This document shows, in pieces, positions 8,632 through 17,600 of a DNA stretch of 53,196 nt. The notes beneath the pieces are model-generated. The model was given only the letters and a program-made list of their open reading frames with translations. It was not told the DNA's origin and searched no databases. Each line of letters starts with the position of its first letter. Position 1 is the first letter of the stretch. Source of the DNA: Patescibacteria group bacterium (GTDB lineage Bacteria; Patescibacteriota; Microgenomatia; Levybacterales; UBA12049); NCBI GenBank assembly GCA_036392095.1, contig DASVYQ010000070.1, forward strand, positions 1 to 53,196, given 5' to 3'. The position numbers were made by a program, and so were the translations under genes.

Positions 8632-9315
8632 ATGGGAAAGCTTTTTTTCGCAATTATTGCAGCAGTAGCAGTTATTTTGGGAATTATTACTTTTTCTAAC
8701 CAACAAAAACCTTCCCAGCCAGTACTTACGAATTTATTTGATAGTCCAACACCAACTCCCTTAGCATTCCATTTAAATAGCAAAGACCCCAATTCTTCTT
8801 CATTACCACAAAGAATAGCAACACCTGAATCAACCCCTTCCATTGGACCAGCAGACCCTAAGCCAACAGAAAATCAAGCTGCAACAATAAGTGCAATCAT
8901 TCAAACTGCTAAAGGAAATATTGTCGTAACACTTTATAGACAAGCAGCCCCAAATACTGTTGCAAATTTTATTTCAAAAGTACAAAGCGGCTTTTATGAT
9001 GGTTTGGATTTTCATAGAGTAGAAGATTGGGTTGTTCAAGGGGGAGATCCCAATGGGAATGGAACAGGAGGGAAAAATAATATGGCCATTGAATCAAATG
9101 AATTGTCCTTTGTCCGAGGATCTTTAGGAATGGCTGGAAGTTCTCTTCCAAATGGATCAACTGTTGGAAATGATTCCCAATTTTTTATTTTAAAATCCGA
9201 TGCATCATGGCTTAATAAGCAATACACCAACTTTGGCATTGTTACATCTGGAATGGATGTTGTAGATAAAATCCAAATTGGGGACAAAATTTTAGGAATC
9301 AAGATACTTAATTAA
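8632..9315 (+). CDS. Membrane-anchored cyclophilin-type peptidyl-prolyl cis-trans isomerase
   Basis: 227 aa. N-terminal TM (FFAIIAAVAVILGIITF). Cyclophilin core: NTVANF..GFYDGLDFHRVEDWVVQGGDPNGNGTGG...SQFFI. Confidence 0.85.
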   Translation: MGKLFFAIIAAVAVILGIITFSNQQKPSQPVLTNLFDSPTPTPLAFHLNSKDPNSSSLPQRIATPESTPSIGPADPKPTENQAATISAIIQTAKGNIVVTLYRQAAPNTVANFISKVQSGFYDGLDFHRVEDWVVQGGDPNGNGTGGKNNMAIESNELSFVRGSLGMAGSSLPNGSTVGNDSQFFILKSDASWLNKQYTNFGIVTSGMDVVDKIQIGDKILGIKILN

Positions 9316-9890
9316 GCCTCACTTGAAATTGATTGCCAACGACGCATAACAAGTGCGACTCCAAATCTGTAGTCATTTGCAGCCTGTTCCCATCCTCCAA
9401 ATTTTCCTTGTATCATTTGCGTTTGCCTCTCACCAATTTCTCGTAAAAAATCAACAATTATCAATCTTCGCAAATCAAGTCTGTTTGGGGAATGTGCTGC
9501 TTTTGCAACTCTTTCTGATATATCTCGAGAACATGCTGCTCTCATTTTGTTTTGATCAACTGCTTGTTGTGCCTCTTGAGGAAAATCTACGTGTGTTGGA
9601 TTCCATATCTGCCTTTCTGCAAGATAAATACCTGCAATCATGGCTGTTGCGTCTTGTATTCCCTTTAAGCCAAAAGGATTTATTCTGGCATTTTCTCCAA
9701 TATATATAGCTTCTTCAATAAGATTTATACAATGTTGAGGAAATGCATCTAAAGTAAAATTTCTATCTTTACTGGTAATTCGTATATGAGGAGCCTCAGC
9801 GGCAAAACGAGCATACTGCGCATATTGTTCTGCTAAGGAATATCCTTGTGGAATAGGTAAGACATTCAACCCTGTTCCTCTTTCTGTCAT
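9312..9890 (-). CDS. Hypothetical protein, no recognisable family (192 aa from ATG 9890)
   Basis: The ORF-track frame 9312..9965 runs through the rpsG terminator, so I trimmed it to the first ATG after that terminator (MTERGTGLNVLPIPQGY...). No TM or signal peptide. The stop overlaps the convergent PPIase stop (TTAA). Confidence 0.5.
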   Translation of the reverse strand: MTERGTGLNVLPIPQGYSLAEQYAQYARFAAEAPHIRITSKDRNFTLDAFPQHCINLIEEAIYIGENARINPFGLKGIQDATAMIAGIYLAERQIWNPTHVDFPQEAQQAVDQNKMRAACSRDISERVAKAAHSPNRLDLRRLIIVDFLREIGERQTQMIQGKFGGWEQAANDYRFGVALVMRRWQSISSEA

Positions 9891-9900
9891 CGTAGCAACC

Positions 9901-9929
9901 GTTATAACACTATTACCTCTTACATGCAA
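9901..9929 (-). promoter_or_regulatory. Putative promoter of the orphan ORF (TTGCAT-N17-TATAAC)
   Basis: Minus strand: TTGCAT (9929..9924), a 17-nt spacer, TATAAC (9906..9901), and only 10 nt to the ATG at 9890. Confidence 0.4.
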
Positions 9930-9930
9930 C

Positions 9931-9954
9931 AAAAAAAATCCCCATACGGGGATT
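9931..9954 (-). terminator. Rho-independent terminator downstream of rpsG
   Basis: Minus strand: AATCCCC-GTAT-GGGGATT followed by a run of T (the A-run 9931-9938 on the plus strand), about 25 nt after the rpsG stop. Confidence 0.8.
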
Positions 9955-9979
9955 ATAGATAGCAAATATGAGGAACTGT

Positions 9980-10453
9980 TTACCAGCGGAAATGTGCAAA
10001 AGCTCTGTTTGCTTCTGCTTGGCGAATAGTATTGTCTCGTTTTTTAATTGCTTCTCCTTTGTTATCAATTGCATCTAAGAATTCTGCCATTAATTTAAGA
10101 TCAAATGAATGAAAATCTTTATTTGCTCGTGCTCTTGCTGCTTCTAAAAGCCATCGCATTGCTAATGCATTTCGTCTTTCTGGTCTAACTTCAACTGGAA
10201 CTTGATAATTAGCTCCACCAACACGTCGTGCTTTAAGTTCTACTTTTGGTGCAACTGTTGCTAATGCTTTCTCAAATGTTTCAACTGGATCCAATCCTTT
10301 TGCTTTTAATTGATCAAAGAAGTCATAAACTAATTTTTCTGCAGTAGATTTTTTACCATCAACCATAACATAGTTAATAAATTTTGCAACCAATGGATTA
10401 TTGTATACTTTGTCCCCTGCTACTACTCTTTTTTGTACTTTTTTGTGTCTCAT
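9980..10453 (-). CDS. rpsG: 30S ribosomal protein S7
   Basis: 157 aa with typical S7 sequence (VELKARRVGGANYQVPVEV, RANKDF..). Confidence 0.97.
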   Translation of the reverse strand: MRHKKVQKRVVAGDKVYNNPLVAKFINYVMVDGKKSTAEKLVYDFFDQLKAKGLDPVETFEKALATVAPKVELKARRVGGANYQVPVEVRPERRNALAMRWLLEAARARANKDFHSFDLKLMAEFLDAIDNKGEAIKKRDNTIRQAEANRAFAHFRW

Positions 10454-10458
10454 AGATT

Positions 10459-10890
10459 TTAAGCTGCTGCTCCTCCTTTAGAACTTGGTTTTTTTGCTCC
10501 GTATTTACTTCTTGAGGTCATTCTTCCTTGAACTCCTTGTAAATCAAACTTACCTCTAACAATATGGTATTTAACTCCTGGCAAGTCTTTTACACGACCT
10601 CCTCTAACAAGCACGATACCGTGCTCAGAAAGAGAATGGCCTACTCCTTGAATATATGCTGTAACTTCTGTTCTGTTAGAAAGCTTTACTCTTGCAACCT
10701 TTCGTAAAGCTGAATTTGGTTTTTTAGGAGTCATTGTTTTAACCAAAGTAACAACTCCCCGTTTTTGAGGGGCTGATAATTGTTTGTAGACTCGATCTTT
10801 TGCATTGTAAAACCTTCGCAAACCAGTTGCTCTGATTTTCTTTTGCTTACTTCCTCGTCCTTTTCTAACTAATTGTGAAAGTGTTGGCAT
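10459..10890 (-). CDS. rpsL: 30S ribosomal protein S12
   Basis: 143 aa. [12 protein letters not shown]..., [14 protein letters not shown], and the GVKYHIVRG motif. Confidence 0.97.
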   Translation of the reverse strand: MPTLSQLVRKGRGSKQKKIRATGLRRFYNAKDRVYKQLSAPQKRGVVTLVKTMTPKKPNSALRKVARVKLSNRTEVTAYIQGVGHSLSEHGIVLVRGGRVKDLPGVKYHIVRGKFDLQGVQGRMTSRSKYGAKKPSSKGGAAA

Positions 10891-10908
10891 ATCTATCTGT
10901 GCGGTATA

Positions 10909-13900
10909 TTATACCGTATCTTGGGCCTTTCCATCAACCGGGATGAGGCGTCCAATGATTACGTTTTCCTTAAGACCAATAAGCTTGTCTATTCGGCCTT
11001 CTAATGCTGCTTCTGTTAAGACTCTTGTTGTCTCTTGGAATGAAGCTGCTGACAACCATGAATCAGAGAATAAGGCTGCTTTGGTTACTCCAAGCATAAC
11101 TTGTCTTCCAGTTGCTGGTTCTCCACCTTGTGAAAGGGTTTCTGCATTTACTTCTTCAAATTTAGTCTTTGTTACAAAGTCACCTGGAATAAGTGGGGTA
11201 TCTCCGACTGTTTCAACAATAACCTTGTCAGACATCTTTCGCAAAACTACTTCAAAATGCTTGTCATTAATAACGATACCTTGTGATTCGTATACTTTTT
11301 GTACTTCCTTAAGTAAGTATTTTTGAGAAGCTTCAATTCCACTAATCTTTAAGATATCTTTTGGATCTAAGTAACCTCGTGCAAATGGTGTTCCTGCAAC
11401 TATTTCGTCACCATCTTTTACTGCTAATTCTTGAGCCATTGGAACAAAGTATTCTTGTACTTCCATTGGTTCTACTTTGGTATTTTTAACAGTAATCTTG
11501 TATCCTTCTTCTGTTTGTTCTACTTTAACTTTACCTGTTAATTGTGATATTGCAGAAAGATTCTTTGGTGTTCTCATTTCAAACAATTCTTCAACTCTTG
11601 GTAAACCTTGGGTAACGTCAGACATAACAACTCCTCCAAAATGTCTAACCCGCATGGTAAGCTGTGTACCTGGCTCTCCAATGGATTGTGCTGCGACAAC
11701 TCCAACTGGTACACCATGATCAACTTTTTTCTTTGTTGAGAAGTCCCAACCATAACACATTGCACAAATTCCTTCTGAAAGAGTACATGTTAATGGAGAT
11801 CTAACAATAATCTCTGAAATTTCTTCTTTTGTTAATTGTTTGCCAATTTCTGGAGTAATTTCTTCATTTGCATCAACAATTACTTTTCTGTCTTTGCCTA
11901 ATACTTTTTGTGCTGCAAATCTTCCAATTACTCTATCTGCCAAGATAGCTGTTCTATCTTCTTCGTTTCTAATAATAATACCATCAGTTGTTCCACAATC
12001 TTCTGATCGAATAAGAATATCATGAGATACGTCTACCAAACGTCGAGTTAAATAACCTGCATTTGCTGTTTTCAAAGCTGAGTCAGTAAGACCTTTTCTA
12101 GATCCTCTTGCAGATGCAACGTATTCGAAAATGTTTAATCCTTCTCGGAAGTTAGATTTAATTGGTAATTCTACGATTTTTCCTAGAGGATCCAAGATAA
12201 GACCTCTCATAGCAGAAAGCTGTTTTAATTGTTCTTTACCTGCACGAGCTCCTTCTGAATCAATAATAAATCGGGTTACATTAGATGCCTTAAGATTTTT
12301 CCATGTTTGATCTGCCATTTCATCTGTGGTTTTAAGCCATACATCGTTTGCTAATCTTTTTCTTTCATCAAGGGTAATAAGACCTTTTTGATATTCTTCT
12401 TCAATCTTAGTAATTTTTAATTCTGCTTCATCAATCATTTTTTCTTTACCTGCAACCATTTCGTTATCAAATACAGAAACAGATACTCCAGAAATTGTTG
12501 CTCCGTGGAATCCAAGACCTTTAATATTATCAATTAAATCTGCTACTTCTATTGATGTGTATTTTTCTAATGCACTGGTTACCAACTTTTTAATTCCAGA
12601 TGCTTTTACTGGTTCGTTAACAAATGCCATACCTGAGAGTAATTTTTCATTAAACATAAGTCTTCCGACTGTTGTTTCAATTGTTTGGCCGTTAACTCTA
12701 ACCATGATTGGTTCTCGAAGTGCTACCTTTTTCAAATCATATGCCAAGAATGCTTCTTTGGATTCTGCAAATGCTGGAAGTTCTTTTCTTCGTAATTCTT
12801 CGTTTAAGGTTGTTAAGTAGAAAACTCCCAAAGCCATTTCTTTGTTTGGCAATGTAATTGGAGATCCATCTGCTGGTTTTAACAAGTTGTGTCGAGGCAT
12901 CATAAGCTCAACAGCTTCTTCTTGTGCTTTTTTAGATAATGGAATATGTACAGCCATTTGATCTCCGTCAAAGTCAGCATTGTATCCAGAACAGACACAA
13001 GGATGAAGTGCAATTGCTGATCCTTCAATAAGCTTTGGATAGAAAGCTTGAATACCTAATTTGTGAAGGGTAGGAGCACGGTTAAGTAATACTGGATGAT
13101 TTTTTGTAATCTCTTCCAAGATATCGAAGACTTCAGGACTTCGTTTTTCAATAAATCTCTTTGCACTCTTAATGTTTGGAGCAAATCCTCTAACAATAAC
13201 TTCTCTCAAAACAAATGGTTTAAACATCTCAAGAGCCATTTCTTTTGGAAGTCCACACTCAGAAAGTTTTAATTCAGGTCCGACAACGATAACTGAACGT
13301 CCTGAGTAATCAACTCTTTTACCCAAAAGATTTTGTCTAAATCGACCTTGTTTTCCTCTAAGCATGTCAGAGAGTGATCGAAGTGGTGACGCAACAACTT
13401 GACTTGATCTTTGTGATGCATCGATCAATGAATCAACTGATTCCTGTAACATTCTTTTTTCGTTTCTAAGAATGATTTCTGGTGCACCCAAACTCATTAA
13501 GTGCTTTAATCTGTTATTTCTGTTAATAACTCTTCGGTACAAATCGTTTAAATCAGAGGTTGCAAATCTTCCTCCAGCTAATTGGACCATAGGTCTCAAG
13601 TCTGGTGGGATAACTGGCAAGACTTCCATAAGCATAGAGGATGGAGTAATATTTGATTTTTTCATTGCTTCAAGAAGTCTTAATCTCTTGATTAATTTAA
13701 GATATCTTTGTCCTGTTGCTTTTTCTAATTCTTTTCGAAGTTCTGAAATAACCTCATCAAAATCAAATTGTTTCATGAGGTCTAAAATTGCTTCCGCACC
13801 GGTTTTAATAGTGAAGAAAACTGGAATATCATATTCTAATACTTTAAAGTATTCATCTTCTGATAATACTGAAGATACTTTAAGACTCTTTAATAAACCT

Positions 13901-14634
13901 TCTAATGCAGATGCGATTTCATCAATTTTTTTACTTTCTGCTTCTGTTCTTTCTTGAAGTCTTGCTAATTTTTGTCTTAAAGATAATGCTAATTCTTCTT
14001 TAATAAGCTTTTTTTGTTCTGGTTTACTTGTTCCTTCTTCTGATTCTTTTGTTTTTTCTTCTGTTTCTTTCTTTAATTTGTTTTCTTCTGCTGTTTTTGA
14101 ACTTTCTAATGTATCTTTTCGTTTTGCAATGTTTTCACTTAAATTACTTAATGCTTCTTTTTTCTTTTCTTCATCAATTCCAGTTACTAAGTATGATGCA
14201 TAGTAAATAACTGATTCAAGATTTTTTTGTGAAACGTCTAATACGGTTGATAATGGACTTGAAGCACCTTTAAAAAACCATACGTGTGCAACTGGACTAC
14301 TAAGTGTAATATGTCCCATTCTTTCTCTTCTAACTCTTGAGAGGGTAACTTCAACTCCACATTTATCGCAGATAATACCTTTGTATCGAATTCTCTTGTA
14401 TTTTCCGCAGTAACATTCCCAATCTTTCGTTGGACCAAAAATTCTTTCATCAAATAAACCATCTTTTTCTGGTCTTAAGGTTCTATAGTTAATGGTTTCT
14501 GGTTTTGTAATTTCTCCATATGACCAAGCCAAAACATCTGCTTTTGATGCTAAAAGAATTTGTAAAGATTTAAAGTCAATTAACTTTAAATTCTTTAATT
14601 TTTTGTCATTTAATATTTTTTCTGTCATTTCCAT
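10909..14634 (-). CDS. rpoC: DNA-directed RNA polymerase subunit beta'
   Basis: 1241 aa. Zn-binding CYCGKYK..CDKCGVEV and catalytic NADFDGDQMAVH. Carries a K/E-rich insertion of about 100 aa near residues 153-255. Confidence 0.97.
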   Translation of the reverse strand: MEMTEKILNDKKLKNLKLIDFKSLQILLASKADVLAWSYGEITKPETINYRTLRPEKDGLFDERIFGPTKDWECYCGKYKRIRYKGIICDKCGVEVTLSRVRRERMGHITLSSPVAHVWFFKGASSPLSTVLDVSQKNLESVIYYASYLVTGIDEEKKKEALSNLSENIAKRKDTLESSKTAEENKLKKETEEKTKESEEGTSKPEQKKLIKEELALSLRQKLARLQERTEAESKKIDEIASALEGLLKSLKVSSVLSEDEYFKVLEYDIPVFFTIKTGAEAILDLMKQFDFDEVISELRKELEKATGQRYLKLIKRLRLLEAMKKSNITPSSMLMEVLPVIPPDLRPMVQLAGGRFATSDLNDLYRRVINRNNRLKHLMSLGAPEIILRNEKRMLQESVDSLIDASQRSSQVVASPLRSLSDMLRGKQGRFRQNLLGKRVDYSGRSVIVVGPELKLSECGLPKEMALEMFKPFVLREVIVRGFAPNIKSAKRFIEKRSPEVFDILEEITKNHPVLLNRAPTLHKLGIQAFYPKLIEGSAIALHPCVCSGYNADFDGDQMAVHIPLSKKAQEEAVELMMPRHNLLKPADGSPITLPNKEMALGVFYLTTLNEELRRKELPAFAESKEAFLAYDLKKVALREPIMVRVNGQTIETTVGRLMFNEKLLSGMAFVNEPVKASGIKKLVTSALEKYTSIEVADLIDNIKGLGFHGATISGVSVSVFDNEMVAGKEKMIDEAELKITKIEEEYQKGLITLDERKRLANDVWLKTTDEMADQTWKNLKASNVTRFIIDSEGARAGKEQLKQLSAMRGLILDPLGKIVELPIKSNFREGLNIFEYVASARGSRKGLTDSALKTANAGYLTRRLVDVSHDILIRSEDCGTTDGIIIRNEEDRTAILADRVIGRFAAQKVLGKDRKVIVDANEEITPEIGKQLTKEEISEIIVRSPLTCTLSEGICAMCYGWDFSTKKKVDHGVPVGVVAAQSIGEPGTQLTMRVRHFGGVVMSDVTQGLPRVEELFEMRTPKNLSAISQLTGKVKVEQTEEGYKITVKNTKVEPMEVQEYFVPMAQELAVKDGDEIVAGTPFARGYLDPKDILKISGIEASQKYLLKEVQKVYESQGIVINDKHFEVVLRKMSDKVIVETVGDTPLIPGDFVTKTKFEEVNAETLSQGGEPATGRQVMLGVTKAALFSDSWLSAASFQETTRVLTEAALEGRIDKLIGLKENVIIGRLIPVDGKAQDTV

Positions 14635-14638
14635 AGTA

Positions 14639-17600
14639 TTACTTTAATTCTGCTGCCTCTTCAGCTTCTGGGGCCTTTATTGTATCATCTTTTATGTCTT
14701 CTGGCGAGACTGTTTCTGCTGCTCCCAAAACTTCTTCTAGTTCTTTTGCTTCTTGTTCTGTTTTTTCTTCAGCTGCATCTTCTGCTGCTGTTGTATGTGC
14801 TGCTGCTGGATCGTCTCCTGCTGCTGATGCTGCCGGTGCAGAAGTTGTATCATCTGCTGCAATTGCTGCTCCAACTGGCTTTACACCAATACCCAAAGCT
14901 TGTAATTCTTTTACCAAAACGTGGAAAGATTCTGGTACTGTTGGTGTTGGAATATCTGTTCCTTTAACCATAGCTTCGAATGCTTTACTTCTTCCAACAA
15001 CGTCGTCTGATTTAATTGTTAACATTTCTTGTAAGATATATCGTGCTCTGTGTGATTCTAGTGCCCAAACTTCCATTTCTCCAAGTCTTTGTCCTCCCAT
15101 TTGTGCTTTTCCTCCAAGAGGTTGTTGGGTAACCAATGAATATGGACCAGTACTTCTTGCATGAGCTTTGTCTTCAACCATGTGAATAAGTTTCATAATG
15201 TATTCAATTCCAACTACAACTGGATTTTCAAATGGTTGTCCTGTTCGGCCATCAAATAATTGTGCTTTTCCATTAACTGGAAGTCCTGCTTCTTTTAATA
15301 ATGCAACGATTCTGTCTTCTGAAATCTTTTCAAAAACTGGAACAGCAACTTTTTGGCCTAATTTTTGTGCTGCCCAACCTAAATGAGCTTCAAGAATTTG
15401 GCCCAAGTTCATACGAGCAAGCACTGAAATAGGCTGAATTACGATATCTACTGGTGTTCCGTCTGCTAAATATGGCATGTCTGCTGCTGGAAGAATTCTT
15501 GAAATAACTCCTTTGTTTCCATGTCTTCCTGCTAACTTGTCTCCAACAACGACATGTCTGAATTGTGCAACTTCTACAATAATTTTTCTGATTGTTCCTG
15601 GCTCTAATTCATCACCTTGTTTTCGGTCTAGAATTTGTACATTAACAACTGTTCCTCTTTCTCCATGTGGCATTCTAAGAGATGTATCTCTAACTTCTCG
15701 TGCTTGTTCTCCAAAAATAGCTCGAAGTAATCTTTCTTCGGCAGTAAGTTCTGTTTCACCTTTTGGAGCAATTTTACCAACAAGAATGGCACCTGGTTCA
15801 ACTTCACTACCAACTACAATAATTCCATCTTCATCAAGGTTTGCCAAATCTTCTTCTGAAACATTTGGAATATCTCTAGTTGTTTCTTCAGGGCCTAATT
15901 TTGTTTCTACAACTGCTGCTTCATATTTTTCAATATGAATAGAAGATAATTTATCTTCTTTTACCAATTTATCAGAAATAACGATAGCGTCTTCATATCC
16001 CAAACCTTCAAAAGATGTGTATGCAATTAAAAGATTTTGTCCAAGTGCTAATTCTCCATTTTGTGCGGCTGGACCATCAATTAAAATGTCGCCTTTTTTA
16101 ACTTTTTGATTTAAGACAACTTTTGCTCTTTGTGTGTATGAAGTTGCATTAGATGTTCTAACAAATGCATGAATTGGGAATCCTGCTTTTTGTCCATCTT
16201 TTCCTTCTACTAATATTCCGTTTGCATCTACTTTGGCAACAATTCCGTCAAATGGAGCTCGAACAACTCTACCCATAATTTCAGCAACAACATTTTCCAT
16301 TCCTGTTCCAACAACTGGTGATTCTGGATGAACAAGTGGTACTGCTTGACATTGCATATGAGTACCCATAAGAGCTCTGTTAGCTTCATCATGAGCTACA
16401 AATGGAATAAGTGATGCTGATGCTCCAACAACTTGTCTTGGAGAAACATCTACGTATTCAATTTTTTCTTTATCAACTTCCAAAAATTCTCCTCTGTATC
16501 TTGCAGGTACACGATCTGCATTAAATTGATCTTTTTCATTTAATGAACCTGCATGAGTTATGTAGTGTTTTTGTTCATCTTCTGCATCTACATAAATTAT
16601 TTCTTCTGTTGCTTTTCCATTAACAACTTTTCTATATGGCGTTTCCAAGAATCCATGTTCGTTTACTCTTGTAAAGAGTGCTAAATAGGTAACCAAACCA
16701 ATGTTTGGACCTTCAGGACTACGGATCGGACATACTCTTCCATATTGGGAAGCGTTAATGTCTCGAATAGAGAAGGCAGCTCTCTCCCTAGAGATACCTC
16801 CTGTACCCATAACGGTTAAACGATTTAAGTTGTCAATTTCTGAAAGTGGATTAGTTTGATCTAAAATTGTTGATAACTGTGAAGTTCGGAAGAATTCATT
16901 TAAAGATGCCATAATTGGTCTTGCATTAATAAGATTACTAATAGAAACTGGAACATCTGCTTGAATAAGAGACATTCTTTCTTTAATTGATCTTTCTAAT
17001 CGAAGCACTCCAACTCTGAATGCAGTTGTTGCAACCAATTCGCCAACACTTCTAACTCTTCGGTTTGCTAAAGAATCGATATCATCGATAACACCAATTC
17101 CGTGAGTTAAGTTAATTAAGTAGGAAACTGTTCCAATAATATCATCAACTGTTAATGTTCTTACTTCTGCTGGATTAAATCCTGCTGTACCATTAAGTTT
17201 TTTGTTTACTTTGTATCGTCCAACTGTTCCGAGGTCATATCTTCTATTGTTGAAGAAAAGACCGTGAATGCTTTCACGAACCTTTTCTAAAACAATAGGT
17301 TCGCCAGGATGCATCTTCTTAAAGATTTCAATTAAAGCTTCTGTTTCTGAGGTTGTTTCGTCTTTTGTTAAAGTATTTCCTAAATAATCATCTGAGTCTT
17401 GTACATTTGTGAATTTATCTTTAATATCTGTGTTAGAAGAAAGACCTAATGCTCGCAAAAATGTTGTTACTGCAAATTTTCTTCTTCTATCAATTTTAAC
17501 GGTAATTGTACCGTGTCTTGTTGTTGCAAATTCCAACCATGATCCGTGTGCTGGTCTGATTTCTGCGTTGAAAAGTTGTTTTCCGGTTACTGGGTCAATT

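Noticed and set aside
9312-9315. Convergent gene pairs whose stop codons overlap in the palindrome TTAA (9312-9315 and again 46698-46701).
   Set aside because: Most simply explained by genome compaction. I see no additional structure or conservation around the two sites to suggest a signal.
9891-9965. N-terminal 25 codons of the ORF-track frame 9312..9965 (MLSIIPVWGFFLLHVRGNSVITVAT).
   Set aside because: This stretch is the translation of the rpsG terminator hairpin and of a promoter-like sequence. The first ATG after the terminator (9890) is a more plausible start.
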